DNA from: a virus
Lineage: Duplodnaviria; Heunggongvirae; Uroviricota; Caudoviricetes
Length of the DNA: 64,000 nucleotides
Direction: 5' to 3' (one strand)
IMG/VR virus record: IMGVR_UViG_2513237361_000012
Location: 1 to 64,000 of that record
The notes beneath the pieces are model-generated. The model was not told the origin of the DNA. It searched no databases and saw only the letters and a program-made list of their open reading frames with translations. Positions 1 to 10,099 of this stretch are shown here, one piece after another (the stretch's first letter is position 1; every line of letters starts with the position of its first letter). Made by a program: the position numbers and the translations under genes.

Positions 1-318
1 TTATTGATTAAATGGCGCTTCGTGTTTAAGAACTTTATCGATAATGTCCAGTACGCCTTCATGGTTATTGGAGCCTGCACGGTATTTCGCCGCCGCTACG
101 ACTGCGTTGCCAGCATTTTCCATTGCAAAGCTAAAGCCCGCCTGACGCAGCATCTCAATATCATTACCGCCATCGCCAAAAACCACCACTTCGCTGTCGT
201 CTATGTCCCATAATTTCTGGAGTTGACGCAGGCCATTGGCTTTATGTACGCCGGGGATAATCAAATCGATACTACCGTTGCCGGTATGGACTGGCACCAT
301 AATATCTAAAGCGCGCAA
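1..318 (-). pseudogene. ybjI: HAD/Cof-type phosphatase gene, 3' portion (gene split by prophage insertion)
   Basis: Translation carries HAD motif (FGDGGNDIEM); matching 5' portion lies at 36250-36771; frame runs straight into prophage end. Confidence 0.8.
302..306. repeat. 5-bp target-site duplication (ATATC), copy 1
   Basis: ATATC at 302-306 and 36254-36258; codons GAT-AT (Asp-Ile) appear at the end of the 5' fragment and the start of the 3' fragment of the split HAD gene. Confidence 0.6.
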
Positions 319-323
319 AATTA

Positions 324-389
324 TTCAAGATAGATATGGAATTCTTTCAAGATAAGCCAGAAGCGCACATATGGAAGTTATTCAAGATA
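324..389 (+). repeat. Terminal repeat array, 3 x TTCAAGATA (mom-proximal end), candidate transposase binding sites
   Basis: TTCAAGATA at 324-332, 346-354, 381-389; same 9-mer in inverted orientation three times at the other prophage end. Confidence 0.55.
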
Positions 390-432
390 AAACAGCGGCA
401 TTGGCCGCTGCTTTTTTATTCATTAAGTGGGC

Positions 433-1170
433 TCACTTCGGGTATGGCTGAACCCTGAATAGCTTGGTGTTTAGGCGCTTTTTTGCGCGCTTATTCAGGA
501 ATCTGATGTAGCGATACTGATTAAATTTGTGTACCACGGCCCGCTCCTTATTAGCCCGCAAATACACACCTCGTTGCCCTCCGCGCTTAATCGCGTTCAT
601 CGCTATCTCGTGATACCACTCGCCGTCCAGTTCGTAGAACGTGCTTTCGTGGCTGCCTATAAAATCAAAATTCGACGCCTGATATACCACGCCAGCACGT
701 CCGCAGCGTTCATCTGCAAAGGACTGAACCCACTCCACTGACGGGTACAGTAACCTGATGGTTTTCAGCGCGTAGCTGATGGCCCGTGATTCAGAATTGC
801 GGGGCATGTCGTCGTGTAGCCACATGCGGTTCAGTTCCATATAGCCCCGGTTATCCGTTTCCAGCACAACACGACGCCCTGAGCTGGGGTTAAGGGCATA
901 TCCCCACTGAAGAACGCCAACCAGATCACGTCCGCTGAATACGCCCAGATGCAGGTAGGAGTTATTCACAAAACGGCGGGAATAGTGTTTTGTCTGAATG
1001 ATTGTGCGGGCCAGCCAGCAGGATATGGTTTCAACGCGCAGCTCCTTTGAACCATAGCCGACAATCCGGCCTTCATACTCAATAACGCAGGGTTTTGTCA
1101 GAATGCGTGATTTCTTCTCTTTTCCCACAATACAGCTCCGTGGGATGCTCTTTGGCATTCGATATGACAA
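433..1170 (-). CDS. mom: Mom DNA-modification protein (start codon uncertain)
   Basis: Translation matches the phage Mu Mom protein from memory; sits at distal prophage end directly downstream of and overlapping com. Confidence 0.8.
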   Translation of the reverse strand: MSYRMPKSIPRSCIVGKEKKSRILTKPCVIEYEGRIVGYGSKELRVETISCWLARTIIQTKHYSRRFVNNSYLHLGVFSGRDLVGVLQWGYALNPSSGRRVVLETDNRGYMELNRMWLHDDMPRNSESRAISYALKTIRLLYPSVEWVQSFADERCGRAGVVYQASNFDFIGSHESTFYELDGEWYHEIAMNAIKRGGQRGVYLRANKERAVVHKFNQYRYIRFLNKRAKKRLNTKLFRVQPYPK

Positions 1171-1264
1171 TGTAACGTTTACAGCGAGGACATTTTATTT
1201 CTATATGCTTAAAACCTCCTTTAAACAGTAATTTATTGCAGTTTTTACAGCGAACAGAGTCCAT
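1079..1264 (-). CDS. com: Com zinc-finger translational activator of mom
   Basis: [16 protein letters not shown]...CPRCKR: Cys4 zinc finger matching Mu Com; overlaps mom start; ORF-track start at 1291 is probably too long. Confidence 0.8.
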   Translation of the reverse strand: MDSVRCKNCNKLLFKGGFKHIEIKCPRCKRYIVISNAKEHPTELYCGKREEITHSDKTLRY

Positions 1265-1336
1265 GATTCCCCCTGTGTAATAACCAGACATGAGCGCCCG
1301 GAGGGCTGGGGGTATTTAATCACAACCGATGCAAAC

Positions 1337-1366
1337 CGACGATCGATATGATGTTATCGATCGTCA
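1337..1366. promoter_or_regulatory. GATC-containing palindrome upstream of com-mom (candidate Dam-sensitive control region)
   Basis: Inverted repeat CGACGATCGATA / TATCGATCGTCA with GATC at 1341-1344 and 1359-1362, about 75-100 bp upstream of com. Confidence 0.45.
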
Positions 1367-1387
1367 TAAACTATACAAACTGATTAT

Positions 1388-1963
1388 TTAACCACCGGGC
1401 GTTAACGCTCTTACCTCGTCCAGCGTGGACAGCCGGGAAAGCTGCTCCTTCATTTCACGCTGGCGCTGATAAATCTCGTTATTGCGATCGACCTGTGCCT
1501 GAACCATTGCTGTAAGCAGTTCATCCAGTTTCTGCATCGACAGTTTCACCTGCTGGTTTTCCGCATCGCCCCATACCATGGTTTTTCGCGCTGTGTCAGA
1601 CTTTGATGCCATAACTGCCGGATAAAGACGAGCCATTGAGTCGGGGCCAGCGTTCCAGGTATGACCGTTCCATTCGAACGTGAACGGCAGTGCTTCCTGT
1701 TCTGTTCGCCACGCCTCGATTTCCCGCTTTTTGGCATCCTTCGCCGCGGCGATAAGTTCGGGTGTAATAGTGAACGGGGCGATTTCACCCCATTTGCCGC
1801 TCTGTAACTCTTCCCAGATGCGCTGGCCTGTCATTGCGGTATCATCCTGCATGGCGGTATACGGGACGAATTCCGTTTCACCTTCAAATAACACCTCGCA
1901 GTCAACCGCACCATTTTCAAGATAATGCGCGCTTCTGATGCCTTTTACCGCTCTGATTTTCAT
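1388..1963 (-). CDS. Tail fiber assembly protein (Tfa/U-like)
   Basis: Position immediately downstream of a tail-fiber gene; size and sequence character typical of Tfa chaperones. Confidence 0.65.
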   Translation of the reverse strand: MKIRAVKGIRSAHYLENGAVDCEVLFEGETEFVPYTAMQDDTAMTGQRIWEELQSGKWGEIAPFTITPELIAAAKDAKKREIEAWRTEQEALPFTFEWNGHTWNAGPDSMARLYPAVMASKSDTARKTMVWGDAENQQVKLSMQKLDELLTAMVQAQVDRNNEIYQRQREMKEQLSRLSTLDEVRALTPGG

Positions 1964-1977
1964 GTTTTATTTCCTCA

Positions 1978-4900
1978 TTACTCAATGCGCATGAACAGAC
2001 ACACATATCCGGTATCTCCACTTGATGTGGTCGACCTGCTCCCTGACAGAGCCTGATAGCGCCCTGGAAATGCTCCATGACGTGGGTCCGCTGCGCAGAA
2101 TTGCGGCGTTGAGACATAATTAGAAGCCTCACTCGCTTTGCAGGTGACAACCAGTGCTCCAAGCCGTGAGCCGGGAACAATATCGCCAAGCCCTATTTTT
2201 TTCTCTTTGTCATCTGCACTGCTCCCCCTGTAAACAGCAAGAATCGGCACACCCACTGCAGGATATTTGTAATATGAGTGCGTGCCGTTGCCCGCCGTCC
2301 TGGACAGCAGGAACGCCAGCGAATCGCCGTCGTAAATAATGGGGCTTACTGTTGCATTCCAGTTGTTTCCACTCCAGCGGTAAGTCAGGCGATGAATACT
2401 GTGCTCACCTTCGTAATACTGGTTAAAACACAGCAGTGTTTTGAATTTACGCGTTGTGTCCGATTCATCGTTATCAAAGGGCGACCACATCACATCAATG
2501 ATGCCGTTAAATTTCGTGGTGCCCGCCAGCAGCGTGGAAGAGTCCGCAATACTGACCGCATAACGCCCCGGCGTGGCCTCTTTCAGCCATTCAGCAAAAT
2601 CGGCCTGTCCGGTAAATGTCAGGGCATCGGTGCTGGTAAATGCCTGACCGAATCCATACATGCCGGACAGCGCCAGCCTGCCTGGTGTGCGGTCGCGGAT
2701 ATCGCTCTGGGGCTCCATCGTAGCAGCCGCTTTCAGCTCAAGCTCCGTGCGCATGGCTTCAGGCGTGTCCAGTGCCAGTAATGCGCGGGCTTTTTCTGAC
2801 AGTTGCGCCAGTAAAATCCGGCCCTCTTCACTGAAATAAGGCAGCGTGTTTTCTTCCGGTATTATCTGGCTGACAGCCGTTAACACGTCATTAAGCGGCT
2901 GTTTACCCGCCAGCGCCTTAGTGACCGTCGTCGCAAAATTAGGGTCGTTGCCCAGCGCCGCTGCCAGTTCGTTCAGCGTATCCAGGGCTTCCGGGGACGA
3001 GTCAACCAGTGCGGCAAGCAGTTTGCGGACAAACTCCGCATTGGCTATTTCATTACCTGCTGCGTCATCTGGCGGGGTTGGTGTTGTCGGTGCTCCGGTC
3101 AGTGCCGGGCTTTTCAGGGGCGCGCGTGCTTCAATCTGTGCAATGAGTGAAGCCTCATCAACCTTCAGGTTTTCCCAGCCAACCAGATAACCACCACCTG
3201 ATGCCACCGCGCAACGGTTATAATAAATATGACCATTAACACCGTAATAAATAATTATCTTATAGGCATACTCATCATTCGGGCTGGTTTTAGGTTGTGG
3301 CCAGATAATTTCAATAACACCGTTTGTCTGTATGCCAGGTACCACCACATTTGTGTCCGCAAATACGGTATAACGACCGGGCTTTGCTGTTTTTACCCAC
3401 CTGAGAAAATCAGTCCCTGATTTAAATTCAATTCTGTCGCTACTGGAAAATATTTTCCCGAAACCGAACATGCCAGGAATCGCCAGTCGGCCTTCGGTGC
3501 GGTCATAAATATTCTCCTGTGCATCCTTTTGTGCTGCATTGCCAAGTTGTGGCGTCAGATTCGTCCAGGTGACCGGGGCGGAGATATTATCGCCACGAAC
3601 GGTCATGAGTATCCGTCCGTCTTTTCCAAAAAACAGAACCAGCTTTGTTGCTGTCTGGCTGGTTTTATCGCCCCAGCCATTATCCAGCCAGATAATTTCT
3701 GTTATTCCGGTGGTTTCTTCCGTTCGCGTGGAAAAGGTGTAATACCGCCCCGGGTGCAGGTTGTGCGCAGTTCTGGCTACAGTCGCCATATCGCTGGCAA
3801 TAATTGAACGCGCTCCGGCGTCCGTCATTCCGTAACCATACGCACCGGGAAGCGCAACACGGCCTTCCGTGCTGTCGTAAAGGTCTGTCTGAATATCCCT
3901 TACCGCTGCGCTTTTCAGCTCAAGCTCATTGCGCATGGCTTCCACTGTGGCCTGTGCCAGCAGTGACCGGGCTTTTTCTGACAGCGGAGACAGTGAAGCA
4001 TTCCCGTCCTGATTAAAGCACAGAAGGTTATCTGCCCGCTCTTCCAGATTGCTGATAGCTGTCAGCACGTCGTTCAGCGGTTGTTTGCCTGCCAGCGCGT
4101 TCATGATTGTTGTCGCAAACTCCGGGTCATTGCCCAGCGCCGCTGCCAGCTCGTTCAGTGTGTCCAGGGCTTCCGGTGACGAGTCAACCAGTGCAGCAAG
4201 CAGTTTGCGGACAAAAGCCGCATTCGCTGTTTCCAGACCGGCAGCATCATCCGGTGGTGTTGGTGTGGTTGGCGTGCCGGTGAACGCCGGGCTGTCCAGT
4301 GGCGCTTTTGTTTTCGTCTCGTCCATGACGGTTTTGACAGCCTTTGGTGTGGCGGCCAGTTCTTCGCTGTCGTTGTCCGTATCACTACAGAGTTGCACCA
4401 GACCTTTTTCTGTCGTGGAAGCATTGCTTCCCTTCAGGTCATCAACTATCCGTTGTGCCTCGTCCCTGTGCTGTTTCGCGCTCTGCTCGCTTTTTGCTGC
4501 CGCTTCGGCGCTGGCTTTTGCCTCGCCGGTCAGCGTTGCTGCTTCACCGAGTTTATCGACCGCTTTCTGGACTATCTTATCGGCATCTTTGACCGCCTGT
4601 TCTGCCCGGGCGGCATTCTGGTTTGTTTCAGAGGCCAGCTCTTCAGCTTTCTGGACATTACTCGCAATTTCTTCTGCATCCTGCCGTATTTCCCCTGCGA
4701 GGGTTTCTGTATCCTGGCGGGCCTGTTCAGCAGCGTCCGCATGCTCTCTGGCTTTTTCTGCGCTTTGCTGCGCCTGTTGCGCCAGTTCCTCGAATTTCTT
4801 CAGGGCTTCCGGGCGCAGGTCAATATCGGTTGCCCCCAGAAAATCATTCAGCGAACCGTCTGTCGAATCTTCATAAACGCGAATGACACCGATTTCTGAA

Positions 4901-5099
4901 AGGCGCTGTGTGCTTTGTGTCAGGCGAACGCTGTACACACCCGGCAGAACGGGGAAGTCGTACTCCCCGCTCTGTGTGGTGACGTGGCTGAAAACACCTT
5001 TCAGAATCCCTGCGCGGTTGTGCAGGGAGGTCAGTGTAATGGTTGCGCCGCCCAGCGGTTCTCCCGTGGGCGTTTTAATCACACCTTTAAGCTGCGGCA
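1978..5099 (-). CDS. Side tail fiber protein, lambda Stf-like N-terminus, with internally duplicated conserved segment and several tip-like modules
   Basis: N-terminus resembles E. coli prophage Stf proteins; Ala/Glu-rich coiled-coil region; two copies of the ...PTTPTPPDDAAG...LDTLNELAAALGNDP... block; start set at MPQLKG just after upstream tfa stop. Confidence 0.75.
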
Positions 5100-5527
5100 T
5101 CGGGACGCTCCGGCCAGTTGATGGAATTAAAGGAGGCTTCATCGGTAACGGTGCTTAAATCCAGCGCCTTCAGTGATTTGATATGCGCCATCCACCGCGC
5201 CAGACGGGCTTTATCGTCATCGCTGATGATTCCCAGTTCCAGCTCAGTTTTCCAGTCGGAGGTGATTTCCCTTGCTTCAGCCAGCAGGTGCTGGCGTTGC
5301 GTTTCCGCTTTCTGCTGCCAGTTAATTACGGGTTCTTTTAATACCGGATATCCGTTTTCGCCAGATACAATAATAAAACCGTCAGTCTGGCCCTGTAACA
5401 GTCTCTGATATTCTTCATCCGTGATTTCCTGTAAATCATTCGGCCACGTTCCCGCATTTTCATAATCACCCTGAAGGCCAGAATGATAAAAACCGTTTGT
5501 TGATGGGCTGAAATAAATAGTCATCAT
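5087..5527 (-). CDS. Tail fiber assembly protein (Tfa/U-like)
   Basis: 146 aa, directly downstream of tail-fiber gene 5527-6414. Confidence 0.65.
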   Translation of the reverse strand: MMTIYFSPSTNGFYHSGLQGDYENAGTWPNDLQEITDEEYQRLLQGQTDGFIIVSGENGYPVLKEPVINWQQKAETQRQHLLAEAREITSDWKTELELGIISDDDKARLARWMAHIKSLKALDLSTVTDEASFNSINWPERPDAAA

Positions 5528-6414
5528 TAATACCCTATCGCTGTCCAGTACATAACGCCGTTATTCTCGCTGTTGAATGTCGCACCTGCTGCTGATAACG
5601 ATTTCAGGGAAATAGAGTAATCAGCACGGGTGTATGCGTTGGTAATAGTGATGCTGGTACATGCTGACGGAAATGATATCGGAAACGTCAGCCCGGCACT
5701 GGCATTGCCGAGATACCCCCACTGAATAATCACCCCGGTGGACGTGTCCTTAAACCAGCCATTACCGGCTTTTGACGCCGTGTTTTTTTGCTGGTAACGG
5801 TTGTCACCTTCAGTTTGTGACATTCCCGCAGAAATCGTGATATCGCGGCTGCCATCAAACAGCACATTGTTAATCCTGCGGGCCGTCTGAAGGCGGGTTG
5901 CCGTTCCGGCGTTGCCGCTGATGTTGTTGATGGTGATATCCGACATCAGAGCCATGCCGTTGACCTTGCGGGTATTCGGTACGGCATTACTGGCTTTATT
6001 TACCGTGTCACGTAATGAAAGCGCATTGATAATTTCATCGGCTGTGGTTTTCCCGAGAATACCGCGCACAAACGCACTGAGCGGCGTTAATGCCATTGTG
6101 TCTTCGCCCGTAAAATACGGGAACGTATTATTCTGACCGGTTAATCCGGCAATAGCTCCGGCTGAACCACTGTTCGTAATAAACAGTTTTTTCAGCGCCG
6201 TCATAATCTGGTCGGTGGTGTTTTTATCCGGTTTGATATTTGCCTGCCGGAGAATTTCCAGCAGTTCAGACTGAATAATATTAAACCAGTCCGGCCCCGG
6301 ATAGGTGGGCGGAATACCGTTCCCGCCTTCGGTGAAATAAAGCGTTGTTTTGCTTAATTCAGCCGCGACAGGTGGCATTACCGGTACACCCGTCGGGTTA
6401 TCCACATGAAACAT
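5527..6414 (-). CDS. Tail fiber protein (Mu S-like position)
   Basis: Follows baseplate genes and precedes tfa; Gly/Ser/Thr/Asn-rich C-terminus typical of fiber tips. Confidence 0.55.
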   Translation of the reverse strand: MFHVDNPTGVPVMPPVAAELSKTTLYFTEGGNGIPPTYPGPDWFNIIQSELLEILRQANIKPDKNTTDQIMTALKKLFITNSGSAGAIAGLTGQNNTFPYFTGEDTMALTPLSAFVRGILGKTTADEIINALSLRDTVNKASNAVPNTRKVNGMALMSDITINNISGNAGTATRLQTARRINNVLFDGSRDITISAGMSQTEGDNRYQQKNTASKAGNGWFKDTSTGVIIQWGYLGNASAGLTFPISFPSACTSITITNAYTRADYSISLKSLSAAGATFNSENNGVMYWTAIGY

Positions 6415-6417
6415 AAA

Positions 6418-7002
6418 TTATTCTCCGGTGTAATAATATTCATATTCCGTGCCCGCCAGCCGGTAATGCTTCAGCAGGCATTCCAGCTCGCGGGTCCGTT
6501 CGCTGATTAATGGCGTCATGACGTCATCAATACAGGTAAACCGCCCGGCATCTTTATCCGGGACTTCAACTTTCAGCAGCCAGCGATACCGTGCCGGATG
6601 CAGCGGGTACATGCAGTCACGCAGGCAGTGGTGCGGCAGAACGGCCGTCACCTTAATGGTGAAGCCCAGCGCCGCCGCAGCGGCTTCAATCTGCCAGGTT
6701 GCCAGCCCGCCTTTGCGGCGGTATTTCTCCACCACGGCCCGGCGGCGGGCTTCCGTTGTGGTGGCGGCAATTCCGCATTCCGGCAGCGCCAGATATTGCT
6801 CCCACTCCGGCAACAGCTGGAGCGTGGTTTCCGGTCGCATCTCCACATGCAGACGCGAGGCGTCGTATTCAACGCGGGTCAGACGCTCTGCAAGCGCTCT
6901 TAAAAAACGGTTTAAATCCGCGTCGTTATCACGCGGCCATGCCTTACCCCGTGGCATGACCTGTTGCAGTGCGGTCAGCCATTCCGTCACGCTGTGAGCC
7001 AT
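6418..7002 (-). CDS. Baseplate protein (P2 gpI-like)
   Basis: Position in baseplate cluster between J-like gene and tail fiber; size about 194 aa. Confidence 0.55.
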   Translation of the reverse strand: MAHSVTEWLTALQQVMPRGKAWPRDNDADLNRFLRALAERLTRVEYDASRLHVEMRPETTLQLLPEWEQYLALPECGIAATTTEARRRAVVEKYRRKGGLATWQIEAAAAALGFTIKVTAVLPHHCLRDCMYPLHPARYRWLLKVEVPDKDAGRFTCIDDVMTPLISERTRELECLLKHYRLAGTEYEYYYTGE

Positions 7003-8063
7003 GTCACCTCCCCGATGGTGATAAGCTCATCCACATCACTGGTGGTGTCTTCCCCGATGTTGAGAAAGTAATCCGTAATGCCGGACGTCATACCGATGGC
7101 CGTGCGCAGCGAGGACACCGGCAGCATCTGACCGGGGGCCAGCGTTTTCTGTAATGCGGTCAGGTTTGCCCGGACGGCGTTCCTGTTCGCCTGGCTGTCC
7201 GGTGTCAGACGGATGGACAGGTCGAGCTTCTTCAGCCTGACCTGCACCGGCCAGACCTCGATGCCGCCCGGTTTACCCACCATCACGCCGGTGGCCGGGT
7301 GTTTGTGGCAGAACAGATACTGCTCCATTGTCTTCAGGTCGTCCCGTGTGGGGATAATGTCTTCACGGTCATCATAAAGCCATGCCAGCCCGACCGTGCC
7401 GGGGCCGTGCCACGCATCCCATGCCCACGCGCGGCTGACGCCCGGCACTTCACGCGCCCAGATGACGTAATCATGTAGTGCACCGCCCACCGGGGGATTG
7501 CGGCGCACATACAGCAGACGGTCCAGCAGCTCTGCGATGGATTCAATATCTGCGCCACCGGTGATGCCACTTTCAGTCACCGCGCCGGTGCTGCCCGTTC
7601 CGGGTAGCGGGGACAACAGAGTGAGCACGGCACCGGCAGCAAGATTGCCCGCCACACCGGCTTCTTCAGCCTGCACGATGACGGTGACCTCGCCGTCCTG
7701 TACCTCGCCGGATGTGAGTACCTGATACACCTGATTCGTGTCGGACTGCATCCGGGTTTCTGCCGGAATGGGGGACTGACTGGTGAAGGTCACCGGCCCG
7801 CTGGCAAAGGTGGCCTGCTTGCGGATAACCCCTTCATACGTTGCTGTTTTGATAATGGTTTCATCATCAGACGTAGTGGACGGAATTATCTGGTCCTTAA
7901 TCCAGCTCTGGTGGTCGTATAAATCCCGGACCTGACTGCTGAATGACACGTTCAGCGCCTGCTCAACACTGACAGGCGGCAGCTTTTGCAGACCGAGTTC
8001 ATACGCAATATCTTTTTCGCCGTCGGCAATCAGTTTGCCCAGCGTGGGGATTTCATACGGCAT
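6987..8063 (-). CDS. Baseplate J-like protein
   Basis: 358 aa, synteny gp25-like then J-like then I-like as in Mu/P2 baseplates. Confidence 0.65.
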   Translation of the reverse strand: MPYEIPTLGKLIADGEKDIAYELGLQKLPPVSVEQALNVSFSSQVRDLYDHQSWIKDQIIPSTTSDDETIIKTATYEGVIRKQATFASGPVTFTSQSPIPAETRMQSDTNQVYQVLTSGEVQDGEVTVIVQAEEAGVAGNLAAGAVLTLLSPLPGTGSTGAVTESGITGGADIESIAELLDRLLYVRRNPPVGGALHDYVIWAREVPGVSRAWAWDAWHGPGTVGLAWLYDDREDIIPTRDDLKTMEQYLFCHKHPATGVMVGKPGGIEVWPVQVRLKKLDLSIRLTPDSQANRNAVRANLTALQKTLAPGQMLPVSSLRTAIGMTSGITDYFLNIGEDTTSDVDELITIGEVTWLTA

Positions 8064-8505
8064 TAATGGTGGCCTCCCATCGGCGGGTGATTTCGATTGT
8101 GAGCGTGGTTTTGTCCGGGCGGGTTAACACCACCTGAAAGGCAATACGGTCAGGGACGATGATTCTGGCCGTGACGGTGGCGTTACGGGCGTAACCGGCC
8201 CGCAGCAGCGGTTGCATGGACAGCCGCGCGTAATCTTCCACGCGCAGGCGGACATCTTCCGTCAGCTTTTCACGCTCAAGCAGCCACAGGCGGGAACCCC
8301 ACGAAAAATCGCTGTACGTGTCGCCCGGCCAGCCGCGCGGGTCGCCAGAGCCGTCAGGAATGACATCATCGTCATCAGCACGGGCATCGGTGAAAAGGCA
8401 GATAAGAACCTGAGTGACCAGCCCCTCATCCAGTGAGAGGCCGTTATGGGTGACGGTGATGTCACCCCGTGAGAGCATGTTATTCCAGCGGATTCCTGTC
8501 GTCAT
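8053..8505 (-). CDS. Baseplate wedge protein (gp25/W-like)
   Basis: 150 aa, position between spike and J-like gene. Confidence 0.6.
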   Translation of the reverse strand: MTTGIRWNNMLSRGDITVTHNGLSLDEGLVTQVLICLFTDARADDDDVIPDGSGDPRGWPGDTYSDFSWGSRLWLLEREKLTEDVRLRVEDYARLSMQPLLRAGYARNATVTARIIVPDRIAFQVVLTRPDKTTLTIEITRRWEATINAV

Positions 8506-9038
8506 ACGGGCGGTGATGTATTCTCATTGTCGCCGTCCTTATGAATGTGTTCGATGAATGATTTACCGTTGATTCTGACATCTTCAGTAAATTCACAGGG
8601 ACCGACGAATTTCATTTGTTTACCGATAATATTCAGCAATTCGTCGGCGGTGAGATTTACCGTTTTCCCTGAAACGTTTAATTGTTCTCCTGTGATTTCA
8701 ATGACGCCGTTTTCCTTCAGGGTGATGTGTGATTTGCCGTCCCGGTGATAAAGCCGGACATCGCCGGGGGACAGTCCTTTCGGGCGACATCGCTTGTCCT
8801 CCACCGCGATGGCAACCAGCCCGTCACGCCGTCCGCCAACGGCCAGCACAATGGCTTCAGAACCTTCCGGCGGAACGGAAGTAAACCCGTAGTTCTGGAA
8901 GCGTTCCACGTCGTCGTCAGTAGCATCTGCCAGCGTCTGGATTTGCAGATTCTGCCGCTCCAGACTGTCAGACACCATGCGGACAACGGCACGATCAACC
9001 AGCAGCCGCAGACGGCGGGCAATGGCGTTTAATCCCAT
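8502..9038 (-). CDS. Baseplate assembly/spike protein (gpV-like)
   Basis: 178 aa, position in baseplate cluster. Confidence 0.5.
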   Translation of the reverse strand: MGLNAIARRLRLLVDRAVVRMVSDSLERQNLQIQTLADATDDDVERFQNYGFTSVPPEGSEAIVLAVGGRRDGLVAIAVEDKRCRPKGLSPGDVRLYHRDGKSHITLKENGVIEITGEQLNVSGKTVNLTADELLNIIGKQMKFVGPCEFTEDVRINGKSFIEHIHKDGDNENTSPPV

Positions 9039-10099
9039 GTGGCCACCGCCTTTGTTTTCTTCGTCTTCGCTTTCATTTCCGGCATATCCAGTGATTCAGG
9101 CGGAACCAGCGCCAGAACCGTCATCCGCCCCTGTGCGCCATCCGTCCAGGTCACCCCGGATATCAGCCAGGTGGTTTTCAGGTTCTGAATGCTGTCGTCG
9201 ATATCGACAAGGCGGTTGGTCTGCCACAGCGGGCCGCTGTCGCCCTGTTCGCGCCAGCCTGCCACCGTGATTTCCGTCGTGCGGGATTCCCCCAGCATCC
9301 GGGCTTTGTACCATTCCCCGCGAATGCTGGCCCCGCCCACGGTCAGGCTGTCTTCATTGACCAGAATGCGCGGGCGGTAACGGTTAATTTCCGGGTCTTC
9401 GGTGATGTACTGGCGACCACCCACCATCGAGGCAGGCTGGCTGTCCCACAGTTTGCCACCGGCACTGGTGGTGCCCTTGATGATGTACTGGCTGTTACGC
9501 TCCCGCCAGCTGAAGCGCCCACGGGCAGCGAGGATATTTTTCCCCAGCACCAGTGACACACCCGCGCGAACGGAAGAGGCGCGGGTGATAATCAGGTTAC
9601 CTGCGCCGTCAGACGTCAGCAGAACGCCGCGCTGTTTTGCCAGCCGGTCGAGCAGTTCAAAGCCCGTTTCACCCTGTTCCAGAACAACGGACGCAAACGC
9701 CTCCCCGGTCGGGGTTTCCGTGATGACGGTTATCCCGAACGGGCGGCAGACATCAGCCGCCACCTGTTCAAGCCGCACGCCTTTCCATTTCCCGGATGAA
9801 TGCACCACAGAGCAGTCCACCAGGTCACCGGTTTTGTCGCGCCCCATGACGCGGATCTCCACGTTATCTGCGTCATAGCTGGGGATAAAATCATCAATAT
9901 ACCCCGTCAGCACGGTATCCGCGCCCAGCCTGACCGTGCAGGGTTGCCCCTCACGAATCACGCGCGGTGCCGCCGCTGACCAGCGGGTTGTCACACTGAG
10001 ATCAAACTCACCGGCAATCGCCTTCAGGGAACGACTGACGGACATTTCCGTCCAGCCTTCCCACAATTTGCCGTCAACGGTAAGAATCACGGATTCCAT
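9029..10099 (-). CDS. Tail/baseplate protein (Mu P / P2 gpD-like)
   Basis: 356 aa following tape-measure and N-like genes, conserved myovirus order. Confidence 0.6.
   Translation of the reverse strand: MESVILTVDGKLWEGWTEMSVSRSLKAIAGEFDLSVTTRWSAAAPRVIREGQPCTVRLGADTVLTGYIDDFIPSYDADNVEIRVMGRDKTGDLVDCSVVHSSGKWKGVRLEQVAADVCRPFGITVITETPTGEAFASVVLEQGETGFELLDRLAKQRGVLLTSDGAGNLIITRASSVRAGVSLVLGKNILAARGRFSWRERNSQYIIKGTTSAGGKLWDSQPASMVGGRQYITEDPEINRYRPRILVNEDSLTVGGASIRGEWYKARMLGESRTTEITVAGWREQGDSGPLWQTNRLVDIDDSIQNLKTTWLISGVTWTDGAQGRMTVLALVPPESLDMPEMKAKTKKTKAVATWD

Noticed and set aside
307-323. Canonical Mu termini (5'-TG...CA-3' with Mu end sequence)
   Set aside because: Not found at the inferred boundaries; boundaries are defined from the split host gene and duplication, so exact terminal nucleotides remain uncertain by about a base
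1291-1388. Search for a gin-type invertase and invertible G segment near the tail-fibre genes
   Set aside because: No ORF of invertase size or character exists between com and the fibre-assembly gene; both fibre/tfa pairs are co-oriented, so no Mu-type G inversion system is supported in this window
4049-4876. 275-aa plus-strand ORF (and similar ORFs at 2846-3190, 4393-4899, 63253-63660) rich in Ser/Ala
   Set aside because: Antisense to tail-fibre coding sequence; low-complexity translation of the complementary strand of the conserved Ala/Glu-rich fibre block, not a real gene
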